Of a stretch of 64,000 bases of DNA, positions 49,728-62,982 are shown one piece after another. Source of the DNA: Monocercomonoides exilis PA203 (Eukaryota; Protista; Preaxostyla); the NCBI GenBank assembly GCA_001643675.2, contig LSRY02000067.1:205242-269241 (forward strand), written 5' to 3'. A model generated the notes under the pieces. That model was not told the origin of the DNA. It did no database searches and worked only from the letters and a program-made list of their open reading frames with translations. Positions within the stretch are counted from its first letter, which is position 1, and each line of letters starts with the position of its first letter. A program made the translations under genes and the position numbers.

Positions 49728-52177
49728 AAGGAGGTTTTGCAATGAAAGTGATTGAAGTGCATTTGAACATGTTTCATCTGCTGCTTCTTTCTCCTCATCC
49801 GAAGATGATGAAGCGAAAGAGCAAGATATTTGGACATAGCAACATTCAGTTGTTTCACAATCAACTGGCAATGATGACGATTAAAAGGAAGATGATATCA
49901 AAGATGATGCTAATTCTTGATACTCCGTTCTTTCAGCAGTTGCTCCTTCAAATTGTTCAGATTTGGACGAATAAATTTGGTCATCCAATGGTCCTTCTAA
50001 AGATTCTGAGGTTTTCGTGTTTGCATATCCTTCTCAGCGTCTTCTTCATTCTCTTTCACTCTCACTCTCTTCTTCTTCGTTTTCTTTTCTGACTTTTTCA
50101 AGTTCTTTGTTAATTTCTTTTCTTAATTCCTTTTATAACATCCTTTCATCTGGTTTGATTGCAATTCACCTCAATCTCCCTCATTTCCTCGACCTCCTTC
50201 ATCTTCCAAATCATCATTTCACCTCTTCATTTTCTCCTCTTTCTATCCCTTTCGATCTGAGCACTCAACAAAACGAATCAGAATTCTTGTGATTATTAAA
50301 AAATAAGGTTCATCTTTCCCTTTTGCCTCTGGCTCAACAGAACTCTTCATCTGATGTCCAGCCCTTCTTCTGTGTGGATGAAGACATGTAGAATAGGAAG
50401 AAAGCAAACCAAGTGGAAAAGCAGAGAAAAGAGAAGAAGAAGAAGAATGGGTAGGTTGCTGTTTATTCTGTGCCTTTGAATGAATACGGAGTTGCAGTTG
50501 AGAAAAGCAGAAGAGGGAAAATGAGTTTCTGGAAGCTGAGTAAAATCGAAGTTGGAAATTTGCACAAAGTTGCCTTTTTTGTCACTTTATGAATTAATCA
50601 AACGAAAATGCCTCCGTTGCAGTCATTTGTTTCCGTCTTTCATTCGCCTCGCTTTATCTTCTTTTAAGCTGTTTTTCTTTCTGTTCTCAAAAAGAAATGA
50701 GATATTTTCCTTTATATTTTCTGCAGTTGCACCTATTTTCAGCTTGCAATCACGGTGCAGGCGGAGGAGCGAACGAATAATAAACAGCACTAGCAGATAC
50801 CAATAAAATTCGCGGTTGATAATAACTTCTGGTATTTTTATAGGAAATTGTATTGCCGTTTAAAAAAATACCGTTGTTGATGTAATAGATGCTTCTGCTT
50901 TTGCTTCTGCTGTTTCGATCGTGTTGGGAGTGATTTTTCCTGATCGTTCGTTTTGTGTTCTCGTAATCATCGGAATCATCACACATGGAGTTTCTTTCTT
51001 CTTCCATTTAATCATATTTCATTTCCTTATCTTCTTCATTCATTTCTCCTACTCTTTCTATTTCTCTCCCTTTTCTCAGAGAAAATTCTTGATCCTTCAT
51101 CTTCATCTGCAAATTCAGTTGTTCTTCATTTGATCGATTGAACGGCAAATGGGGAGATCTGAACGTAAAACAACACATTGCTTCAAATTCAGTCGAAATT
51201 TTCAATACAAATTGGATAATGCATCAGAGATGATGATATAATGGAATGGGATGTGGAAGAAGAAGACGAAGATTAAGAAGAAGAAGAAGAAGAAGATATT
51301 GAAGTTTCAAATGCCATCTGATATTCAATGTCTGCCTCCTGCTTCAAATGTCCAACAAATTGATTTGCAAATCAAATTGTTATTCCATCAGAACATGACA
51401 ATAATTCTCCAAAAAATGCTCAATGTGAAGAAAGTGCCAAATCCATTTCTGTGAAAGTGACTTGTCTCTCTTTTCGGTTGTATCGACTTTCTTGTCTTCT
51501 CTGTGTAACTATTTTCAATCTTTTGCCATCTTCTCTTTGTTTCATTCATCTGTGTTGAGTAAAAGGTAATTAACATTTTCCAAAAAAGAATCTCCAAAAG
51601 CAATATCTTTTCGAGCAATGTTCAAAAAAAATGAATTTTTATCAGACAAGCTCAGTTTTCGCTCATTCCGTATCCGAAAAAATAGAAAGACGAAGACGAT
51701 GCAGAAGAAGATTGCCAAATACGGCTGTCAGCAATAAAATATAATGAAGAAGATGAGCAGATATTGTGAATAAATTCCTCTCTCTGTTGGAGTGGCTCGT
51801 AGAGAAGTTGAGCCAAATGAGAAGAAGTCAGCAGCATTTCCAGCAGAATATTCAGCAAAACGAGAATCACCAAAATTAACAGTGCTATCAGAAAAAACAT
51901 TTTGTGTGTTGAATGAAACAATCATTGGCCATTGAAATGTTTCATTTGTGTAAGGCTCTCTTGTTGTTCAACAAATCCATATCAATAATTTTGTTGAATA
52001 ATCTGAGGCTGAAAATGAATGATGAATTCATAAAATTTTCCGCTTGAACACGCCTTTATGTATATAATCATTTTTGAAAGTTATTGTTCTCCACACAAAC
52101 AAAAAATATGGAAAAAAAAGTTCTTTATTTGAAAAATAAAAAATATAACGATCAAATCTGGCTTTTGTTTATCAAAA

Positions 52178-55122
52178 ATGAATCCTTTCAAAAGAAAACA
52201 TAACGGAATTGGAAACAAGAGCGTCAAACGGGATGTGAAAAATCTAGAAAATATTTTCGGAAAAATGTCGGAAGACCACGCCGAACTTGTTCTCACATCA
52301 TTTTTACAATCTACGGAAAAAGGAAAAAAACTTTTGGAGGCATTGTCCACTTTGAAAACATGTTTGTATTTGTTTAATTATAAAATACAAAAAAACAATT
52401 ATTCTAACAACTTTATTTCATTTAAATTTGGATTTTTTTATTTACTACAGCTTTTCTGACAGAACACTACAACGAAATAGATCCTCACTCAGATTCAGAA
52501 AGCACTGAATCATTTGAAGATTATCCTTTGACAAAATGTGATAATAAAAATAAATATATTCATAAACAACATTTTCTGCAGTTTCCATTTGTTAAAATTA
52601 AATCAACTAAAAATTCACAAATACAACAAGAAAAACAGCTAAGCCTGAGTTCACAACAAATTAGTTCTATCAATTCACAGACAATATACAATACATCAAT
52701 ATTTCGCATTCCAAACATCAACAATCCAATTTTAACATCATCATTTATGAATATTGTTCAGTCAGATCCTTCTAATATTCATTCAAATACTTCTCCAGCT
52801 CCCTCAATGAATATTGTTCAGTCAGATCCTTCTAATATTCATTCAAATACTTCTCCAGCTCCCTCAATGAATATTGTTCAGTCAGATCCTTCTAATATTC
52901 ATTCAAATACTTCTCCAGCTCCCTCAATGAATATTGTTCAGTCAGATCCTTCTAATATTCATTCAAATACTTCTCCAGCTCCCTCAATGAATATTGTTCA
53001 GTCAGATCCTTCTAATATTCATTCAAATACTTCTCCAGCTCCCTCAATGAATATTGTTCAGTCAGATCCTTCTAATATTCATTCAAATACTTCTCCAGCT
53101 CCCTCAATGAATATTGTTCAGTCAGATCCTTCTAATATTCATTCAAATACTTCTCCAGCTCCCTCAATGAATATTGTTCAGTCAGATCCTTCTAATATTC
53201 ATTCAAATACTTCTCCAGCTCCCTCAATGAATATTGTTCAGTCAGATCCTTCTAATATTCATTCAAATACTTCTCCAGCTCCCTCAATGAATATTGTTCA
53301 GTCAGATCCTTCTAATATTCATTCAAATACTTCTCCAGCTCCCTCAATGAATATTGTTCAGTCAGATCCTTCTAATATTCATTCAAATACTTCTCCAGCT
53401 CCCTCAATGAATATTGTTCAGTCAGATCCTTCTAATATTCATTCAAATACTTCTCCAGCTCCCTCAATGAATATTGTTCAGTCAGATCCTTCTAATATTC
53501 ATTCAAATACTTCTCCAGCTCCCTCAATGAATATTGTTCAGTCAGATCCTTCTAATATTCATTCAAATACTTCTCCAGCTCCCTCAATGAATATTGTTCA
53601 GTCAGATCCTTCTAATATTCATTCAAATACTTCTCCAGCTCCCTCAATGAATATTGTTCAGTCAGATCCTTCTAATATTCATTCAAATACTTCTCCAGCT
53701 CCCTCAATGAATATTGTTCAGTCAGATCCTTCTAATATTCATTCAAATACTTCTCCAGCTCCCTCAATGAATATTGTTCAGTCAGATCCTTCTAATATTC
53801 ATTCAAATACTTCTCCAGCTCCCTCAATGAATATTGTTCAGTCAGATCCTTCTAATATTCATTCAAATACTTCTCCAGCTCCCTCAATGAATATTGTTCA
53901 GTCAGATCCTTCTAATATTCATTCAAAAACTTCAGTAATTTTGGATTATAGTTTTGAGGATTATTTTATAAATTCTATTGATACTTATGATTATTTTATG
54001 AAATGCATATTTCGTCCTAAATTGAAAATAGATAACAAATCCAAATTAAACACAGATTGTATTTATGATAATGCGGAGAGTTTGAATAAATTGGAGTTGA
54101 GTGATAAAGATAGTGATGATGATGAAAATGAATTAATGAGTATATGTGAAGGAAGATCATTGAATAATTTTGGGAAAACATGTGCTTTCAATTCTTTATG
54201 TCAATGTCTTGCTTCATTATGCATTGATAAATGCACAAAAGATAGCAACATTTCCAAAAATCAAAGTTATTTTTTGAATCTTTTGGAAGAAATTCGGAAT
54301 CCATCAAAAATAGTGAATGCTTGGGGAAAGAGGAGAATGAAGAATTTTTATGAACTGCTGTTTGGGTGTCTGGATGAACCAAAAATTTTGACTGACGTGT
54401 TTACTGCAGTTATGGAATTCCTATCAAAAAATAATTGGAATTTGAAGGAGATGTTTTTGATCCGCAGCCATAGAATAAATATGTGCACCAGCTGCCATCA
54501 TTTATCTTCATCATTAAGAGGAGCAGGTTATTTTATTTCAATCGCTGGATCAGATATTGTCGGTGGGTTGAATTGTGTGTTTCAAGCCTCAGATGATTTT
54601 GCTGAGAATCTACTTTCAAATTGTGATAACTGCTGGACGAAATCTGCATTTGAAAACTGGATATGGCTTTACGATTTCCCTTTCATTTTGTGTATTTATC
54701 ACAAGTTCATTGATGGAGATTATGTGAGTTCTCCTCCAATCAAATTATTCTTCAGAAGTCAAGGAATAGGCCCAAATGATTTTCATGTGTTCAGTCCTCG
54801 TGTGTTATCTTCAATTGACAATCATTCATCTGATAGTGAGATAGTTGCAAAATACAACTTCGTTGGAACAATTATCCATTCTTCATTGAAGCATAAAGAA
54901 GGGCATTTTATTTCAATAGTCAAAAATGGAAGTTCTACTGACCATTCCAATGACAGCTTTCTGCAGTGCGATGATGACAAAATTTCAATTATTGACTTCA
55001 CTAAATGGGACCAATACTGGGATTATCTTTCAGAAGAAAAATGGAATTTTTCAATGAGTTTTTTCAAACTGTTTGAAACAAAATACAGAAATAGTTCATC
55101 AAAACCCTTCTTGGATAAATGA
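52178..55122 (+). CDS. USP/peptidase C19-type deubiquitinase with family N-terminal module and 20-aa tandem repeats (2 exons, 951 aa)
   Basis: Exon 1 52178-52361, GT-AG intron 52362-52450, exon 2 52451-55122 in frame. Cys box SLNNFGKTCAFNSLCQCL, Zn ribbon CTSC...CDNC, His box YNFVGTIIH...EGHFISIVK, FLQCDDDKI. Confidence 0.88.
52747..53934 (+). repeat. Perfect 60-bp coding minisatellite, 19 full copies plus 1 partial
   Basis: Unit encodes MNIVQSDPSNIHSNTSPAPS; sequence lines are identical. Confidence 0.97.
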
Positions 55123-55609
55123 ATGTTTCATATTTTTTTTTAATATTCATTAGTGCACATCATTAATCATTCCACTAAATAATAAATATCAACTGCGATT
55201 AAAACCATTTTTTAATTAAGAAAATATGAAATAAAAAATTGATAATTACACTGCATTAATTCAAATGAATTGACATTAAGTTGTCATATAGAATAACGTA
55301 AACATAATAACACGAAAGCATTTGTCTATCATTAATTAGTTAACAACCAAGTCATATAAACACCAAGTGTGATGTGGGGATAAAAAATAAAGTGAGTGAG
55401 AAATGGAAAGTGAGAAATTTAGAGTGAAAAATGATGTATTGATTTGTATTTACTGGTGAATTATTTTGTATGTTGTCTTTTCTGATATACTTGCCTATGA
55501 ATATTTATTTCAATACGGAACAAATGAATATTTCATTTTAAACTTTAGTCTTTTCTTTATTCAATTGGTGTTTTGATCATTTATGATAATTATCAATCCC
55601 ATTAAAATG

Positions 55610-57530
55610 ATCATATCTATCCCTCCTCTTTCAATATCTCTTTCCACCATCAAATAAATTCTTTGTCAAATGCCCCTATCGTTCATGTTGGAACTGAAAA
55701 TAAAAGAAAAACACTCGGAAGATTGAATTTATTAGATTTGAACAGTCATCTCTTTGAGTGTGCGAATGGAATGATTCTAATTGAGGAAGTGATTTGGATG
55801 GTGCACTTTATGTTCATTCACTGCATGTTCAAGAAATGTGAATAATGGAGCGTTATTCTGTCAAAATTTGTTGAAAATCTCTCTCGAAAAATCCAATTTT
55901 TCATGTTATCAAGCGAGGAATGGAGGAGCAGTTGAAGTGTATGCTCCACAATCAAATTCCAAATATCACATTTTGGAAAATAAAGTCGAAAGTTATTCAA
56001 TAACATGCTGGTGTGGAATTGGTTGGTATTTTGTACAACAAACAATTCCTGCAAATGGTAAATTCCTGTTTTCCAAATGCAAGTTCATCTCAAATACAGG
56101 TGGTGATTCTGCTGGTTCTTTCACATTCAATTGGCCTCCACAAAATAAACCAAAACAATGCTTGCTCCAAGAGTGCCAGTTCATAAATAACAAAGTCGAA
56201 AATCCAACTACCTATGGTGGTGCTGCGTTGTGTTGCACAAGAACATATGATTGGATGAATGGAATGAAATTCATCACTTTCTGTTTCTTCAATGAAATAC
56301 AGCTACTAACGGAAGAGGAAATGATGTGTTTTTCAATGGTAATTCCATAACTCAATCTCCGTTTGAGAATTGCGGATCAACAACCCCAACAAAAAAAGTG
56401 CGGAACAACAACACAGCTGATAATGAGACTGTCAACAGCTCGCTCCCTCTCATAAGCCAGAACAAAAATGTTGCAAACAACGGAACAGATGTTGATGGCT
56501 GTGGAAGAACGCAACAGAATCGTTGCTCCACTATGGAGTATGCAATCTATGGCTTATTCTTTTAAAAGAGGCTTCCCTCACCCTCCTCAGCTCAACATTT
56601 GCTCCCACTCAAACACTTATCTTCCTTGCTTTTGACACATAAATCAAAGGAAATGGCACAGATACCATCACCATCGCATCAAGCGGAATTCTTCAATCAT
56701 CATCTTTTTTTTCAGCCATTTCTGCACTCTACCGACAGACTCAGGGCTCCCTCACAGTCTCTGCCCTCACCGTCACCCACAACTCCACAAATACCATCAC
56801 CCCCATCCTCTTCCACCTCTCCCAAAACTACCCTTCCCTCAACCTCAACACAACCACCATCACTGGAACAACTCCGTCTTCATCATCAATCACCACACCT
56901 CTCTTCTTCCTCACTGCTGGCTCCCTCGATCTCAACCACACAGCAATCACTCATCTCACCCTTAACAGCCAAAGCATCTTCCATCTCACCTCCCTCACCA
57001 CTCCCCTCACCCTCAACTCCTCCAACATCACCCACATCACCTCCACTATCACCCCCGCCAGCTGTGTCCTCTCCTCTGCTACCTCCCCTGCCCTCTCCCT
57101 CTCCCTCGCCAACTGCACCATCACCAACATCAACTCAGAACAGTTCAGCCAACAGACTGCCACCAGATGGCGGATGCATCTCATTCGCCTCATCTGCCAC
57201 TACCAACTCGTTTTCAGTGAGCAACACCACCTTCTCCGACTGTTGTGTGAGTGAGGATACAAGTTCTGGAGGAAGAGGCGGTGCTCTCATGATCGAGTTC
57301 AATGAAGGCTCACAAGTGTCAGAATCCTCCTTTGCCATCACCAATATCGTGTTTTCAGCCAACAAGGCCTGTGTCGGAAGAGATATGTATTTTGTGTGTG
57401 AATCATTTGTCGCTTCTGTGAAAGAGCCCTTGTTCACTTTCATGACAAGCATCACTCAGAAAGACAATTCGGCTGTTGGACATGACAGAACAGAAGCAAT
57501 TGGAATTTAGATTTATAAATCTTTATCAAC
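55610..57530 (+). pseudogene. Cys/Gly-repeat (beta-helix-like) surface protein gene, frameshifted
   Basis: NGGAV, CKFISN, YGGAAL, GTDVDGCG...CSTM, DGGCISF, GGRGGALMI, ANKACVGRDMYF; same broad class as the captured fragment at 21-24 kb. Confidence 0.7.
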
Positions 57531-59069
57531 AGGCATACAGCTGACAATGAATACGTGGAAAACATGTTTGGTGTCAAAGCAATGTATTTCTGGCTATCAA
57601 AGATGCCCTGCAAGTGCACACGCAATGCGACGGGGCTTCTGAAGAAGGTGAAGAACGTTGGTAAATAATAATAAACGTGCAGACAAATTGTGAATTTGTG
57701 CGCGCAATAGAAAAACCGAAGAAAGTTGTGGAGATGGCACACAAAATTGAAGAAAACTGCTCGTATGCGCATGTGATGAAATCAACATAACTTGTCGGAC
57801 ATGTATTCTCTTCTTTTATAGAATTATCTGTTAAATATGCCTTTTCATCAAAATTGCTTTCACTCATCGTTTCATCTTCTCAGACATGTTGAAGGCATGT
57901 GGCCTTGCGAAATCTCTCGAAAATTATCCCTGCAACTGTTTGTTCAAAGAAATCTTTTCCCACCTTGCTCCTTCTTCTTCCTGTTATTCTTTCAATCTCA
58001 AAATAAATTTTGTAGAGGCAACCTTCATGGATTGTGTGCCCGATGATCGACTATTCTTGATTTGACATTGTAGCATTTCATTTGTAAAATAATTTTTAAA
58101 GATATTCCTTGATAGAATAAATATTTCTTTCGTCTATCTGAGTAGGAATGAAAGGTGATGCTTGGCCCTGGATTTAACGGGAGTTGAATGAAATGGAAAT
58201 AGGAATATTTTTAATTCGTTCATCGAAGAAGATGTTGAAGAAGAAGAATGCATAGGAGAATGAATGTTGTGTGTGGAAAATGTCTGTCTGAGAAATTAAA
58301 GCTTTCAGATCGTATTTCTCAGAATGAGAATGTTTTCATTGGCTTATTTTGGAATTCATAAAAAGATGACGATAAGCTGAAGGAATTAAATAGCAAGGAA
58401 AAGAGGCAGATAAAGAAGGAAGAAGATGAAGTTGCAAAAATAGTTGAAGGAGTTGAAAAAGAAATAATAAGAAAAAGATGATGACGAGGAGGAAGAAGAA
58501 GATTATGAAAGCTATGAAGGTGGAGCAATTGAGAATTGTGAAACGCATTCAATCCTTTTAATAAAGATGTTGAAAATGACTTGAATGATGTCGACCGATA
58601 AAAACACATTATTCGATGAGTTGATTTCAGATGAAATAGACAATCTTCATCACAAAATATGTGAAAGGGAAAGAGATACAAACAGATGAAGAATGAAGTC
58701 CACAAATCGTTGATTGCCTTTGAGTGGTTGAACTGCTTTGTCCCTCAGAAAAAGAAAAATTATCTTTGTCCAATGATGTCAACAATTCAAATGAACTTCA
58801 TGTTTGATGAGGATATTGGCAGAGAATAATTCGAAATCGAAGAAGGCGTTGACAATTGATGAAGTTGACTTCAATTGCAAAAATTTCAAATGAAATAAGA
58901 AGAAAATGACGAATTTTATGATTATGTGATTGATGTGTCGATTCTGGCAATGAGCATCTTTTATTGAAGTGAGACTGTTGAGAATGATAGCGAAGGTGAA
59001 GAAAAATAGAAGATGTCAGGTTTTTCAAGTCACGTTGGGCGATAGAAAAAACTGAATGTGTTCTGAATG

Positions 59070-60185
59070 TGAATTCTCATGCAGCTTATCAGCCCAGATA
59101 AAAGAGTCGCAACTGCAAAACATTCCGAACAAAAATGCCAAATAAACTGCTTTTCTCTTTCTTGCAAACTCATGTTAAGCATTGTCAGGCTATGCAGCAT
59201 GCAAAACAGATGGTAAGAAACGAATGACTTCGTTGAATGCAATCCAAACAAGAATCATCTCAAAACTTCTGGATCTTTTGCAAAGGATTTCAGGGCTTCC
59301 CTCTCTTTGTGGTATTCCTGTACTTGATCAATTTGTATTCATTGAAAGAACACCTTAAAAGAAAAATGAATGAAATAAAAGAAAATCAAACCATTTTTTT
59401 TTCTTGAAATATTTTCCTATCTCCAACTCACTCGAAATGATCAGCCCACCTGGCTTTCTTGCAATATAAAATTTCCTCTTGCCACAAAAAATTCAGACAA
59501 CTGGACAATAAATGGCTGGAATAGAAAGTCATTGAAAGCACAGAATCCATTGTGAAACGAGCTGTAATATCAGATTAAAACACATAATTTTTAAATAAAC
59601 AAGAAATCAACTCTTTTCAAAGACTTATTTAACGCCATTTCTTTGCTGATAGCTTTCCAACGGGTTTCGCGTAAATGGCAATGCGTTTGTCGTTAAGACC
59701 AGCTGAGTGTTTCGCTCTGTTCGCTTCCTCCATTGTCCTATGCTTCAATTCCCTTTCCTTTTCCACAAAGAAAATCTTCTCCCAAATAAAAAAATCACGC
59801 AAAATAAGTCCTGAGCATAAGATATACCAAGTACACAACATTTCGCTCGAAATGAACAAGCTGTTCATTTCAACTTTTCTAACATTTTAATCGCTTTTTT
59901 GTATCTTGCTTTATTCATTTTTCATTCAAAATATCACAGCCGATGTTGCATCATGTATTTTGCAACATATAACTTGATTCAAACTTCATGCAACTTCCCT
60001 CATCAATTCACTTTTTGGAAGCAATCGATGCAAACAGCCACCCGCTCCTCCATTTGAAGGCTAAATCCCTGTTCTTCTTCAATGCTATAACTCGCATGAG
60101 TGCATCTGTGTTTGCGCTCAATAGTAGCTCAAATATGCTCAGGCTGCTGCAAATAATTTATCAAAAATCTTCACTAATAAAATTA
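59070..60185. repeat. Dispersed diverged repeat, copy 2
   Basis: Same orientation as 35015-36040, with an extra ~90 bp near 59455-59540. Confidence 0.8.
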
Positions 60186-62319
60186 TAGGTTGCAGACCCT
60201 TATTAAATAACCAAACAATAAATGAATGTTTTGTTGCCCTTCGTCTTGCCTGTTTTGAGGTAAAAGAATGAAAATGATGCAGAGGAAAAAGTTTATGAAT
60301 GTGCATCTTCAGGTATTTTAATCGATATTTGTGACTCTTTTGAAGTAGATGTTCCTTCAACATTCAGAAAATGAACCAATATGTTGCTTCATCTTGATTT
60401 TTCCGAAGGCAGCAGGACCAGTAACAAATGTTTTATGGTGTGCATGGGGCATTACTGAATCACTGCTTATGCGATTTTATCTGTCCTTTTTTTATTATTA
60501 TGAAATAAATAAATTTTTTATTGACTTTTGAAAGGGGCTTGGGCGATTGAACGATTTGAGGGACCTGGAGCAAAAAGAGAAAAGCGAAGAAATGGATGAA
60601 ATATGGGAAGATGTGAGATTTGAAGAGACGGGTGCGATTTGTGGAGTGGGTTGTTGAAAAGATAATCGAGAAAATTGTGGATGGAAAGGGATTGGGGTTG
60701 GTGTTGGGATTTTGGCGTTGGAGTATCGGGAGATGTTTTGAAGGGCCAAAGGTTAAACGGGACGGTGGCTTGTTTTTCTTTGAAAATGAAAAGATTTGAA
60801 AGTAAGAATTCTGATGAAGAGAAGAAAAACGAAAAATAAAAGGATGAAATGCTCCTGTGGGAATGTTTGCAATGGAACGTAATTCTGAATGAAGGCCTTT
60901 CAGTGGAATTGCTGTTGATTTGTGTGGCTTGCCTGCTGAAAGGTGTGTTGGAGAAAGAAGGAAAGGGAGGAGACTCAAAAAGAAGTTGAAATGAGTTTGC
61001 TCGGCTTGAGTCATTTTCACACAACGTTCAAGTGTGTCTTTTTTTTTTTTCAATTTTTTATTTTTTTTTTTGAAATGTATATATATTGAATAGGAAACAG
61101 ACAACGAGTGATATTTGAAGGAAGAAACAGGAAGCTTCAAGCGCAATCAGTTGCAGCACGATTTGAGGGGACTTGTAAATGGATGAGTTTTGGAGAAATT
61201 GATGAAGTGTTTGATGAAGCGCAGAGATGGAGGAAGTTAGAGTAAATGAGCTGGGTTTTGGAAGAGAAGATTCAAAAGAAGTGAAAGAGGTGGGAACGCA
61301 TGTGTATTGGAGAAGAGAATATGATGAGAGGATAAGAGAAGGGAGAGAATGACTGAACCCTGATGGGTGTGATTGAAAGAAGATGAAGAAGAGGAATTTG
61401 AAGAAATCAACATTTTCAGTTTCTGAGGGGAAAGAGGAGGCAACCACTCAAGAGCATTCGATGAACGATAGATATCCAAATTATTTGATATGGCTCAATC
61501 TGTTTGTGAATTTTTTGTGTTTATGTTTTTCTTATCAATATGAAGTTCATTTACCATATTCAATATTTTATCTCAATGACAGCATCACATGAAGCCTTTT
61601 CATTATCTTCTTCAGAAACATCATTCAATTGATTGCACATTTCTCTTTTACTTCATTTCTTCTTCTTATTCTTCTTTACCATCTTCTTCTTCATTCAACA
61701 AAAATGAAGCAATTCTTCAATTAAACAGTGCTTTCTCCAAGTATCTTAATTTTTCTGAAAAATGTTTTTTTCATCTTTCAACGTAACTTATGTTTATTCT
61801 TTTTCTCTTTCAACAGTGTCTGTTGTATTCTAATAAATTGCTTGTATTGTTTCAAAAGCATGATAGATTTTGTTCAATTGTCAGATGAATTGATTATTTA
61901 ACAAATAACAAAAAGTGATGAAATGTTCATGTTATCAAAAAATGAAAAAGAAATGAAAATTGGAAAATATGTGAACTTCAAAAAAATTTTTAAAACATAA
62001 AAACAAATAATAAACGATATTAGAATGATAACGAATAAATGAAATAAAAATTCGATGAAGATGCAGTTTCAGATACATTTCTTAAAGGTGAATTGTTTCT
62101 ATTTCTTGTCGCGATGGTGGACTTTTAGCATTTTTATGAGTCTTCTTCAAAAATTTCTCAAGCACGTTATATTTTTCAAAACATTTTAATGTTGAAATAA
62201 ATAATGTGAATATGGTTTTTCATTTCATAAAATGCATTTTTATTTAATCATAAAAAAATTGAATATATACATATATATTTTTAAGACTCAATAAAATACA
62301 AAACCAAAAAAAGTCACCA

Positions 62320-62702
62320 TTTCATGAAAATATGTCAAATTGAAAATCTCGATCACAAAAGTGGTCACTAATTTTCTTCAGATTTTGCAACAAACAGACA
62401 TAGATGGGGAAGCGGTTTGCGGAAATCTGAGAAAATTAGTGACCACTTTTGTGATCGCCAGTCATTTCAAGTTTCAGTTTTATAATAGTTCCGATCGTTC
62501 AACGGATCAAATCTGATGAGAACCTTAATAAAAGTGTTTTTCAAAATGACTGGCGATCACAAAAGTGGTCACTAATTTTTTCTCAGATTTCCGCACAAAC
62601 CGCTTCCCCACATCTTTTTATGTCTGTTTGTTGCAAAATCTGAAGAAAAATTAGTGACCACTTTTGTGATCGAGATTTTCAATTTGACATATTTTCATGA
62701 AA
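62320..62702. repeat. Nested palindrome (an inverted repeat whose arms are themselves hairpins)
   Basis: Arms 62320-62467 and 62544-62702; motif CGATCACAAAAGTGGTCACTAATTTT at 62350(+), 62432(-), 62554(+) and 62647(-). Confidence 0.92.
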
Positions 62703-62982
62703 ATTTTCGTATAGAAATATTTATTTATTATTTATATTTTTTTTTCATATATTTGTTTATGATTTATTGTTATTATGTTATTATAATTAGTTTTAATGAG
62801 AAACATTTATGCGTTGATTTTTGGAAAAAGACAAAAAATAGTGATATCAGTTTCCAATATCAATTCATCATTTTAATAAAATCAAATTGCATAAATACTT
62901 ATTTTTTGTGTGAAACATGGTGTTTTTCACCGAAAAAGAAATGTGACTTTTGTTCCATAATAAATTCAGAAAAATATAAACA

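Larger units (their letters stand above)
41100..52050 (-). pseudogene. Very large Ser-rich low-complexity gene remnant on the minus strand; boundaries approximate; interrupted at ~45530-49715
   Basis: Protein-like minus-strand pieces such as SQNALFTPYIDVSFNYVGGVKWGREMDIYFESLEDL and SFASSSSDEEKEAADETCSNALQSLSLQNLLSLPP, with many stops and frameshifts. Confidence 0.45.

Noticed and set aside
46115-49871. Minus-strand poly-Ser/Phe/Leu ORFs in the ORF track
   Set aside because: Stop-free antisense shadows of GAA/GAG-rich sequence.
52747-53934. CRISPR-like array
   Set aside because: Units are head-to-tail identical with no unique spacers and lie in frame inside a eukaryotic CDS.
52050-55420. TIRs or Helitron-type ends around the intact USP gene
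   Set aside because: No convincing inverted repeat, TSD or hairpin-plus-CTRR end was found by eye.
57540-61800. Short ORFs as real genes (also those at 31300-32750 and 40100-41070)
   Set aside because: Fragmentary, no recognisable motifs, strand ambiguous; probably decayed coding sequence that cannot be called.
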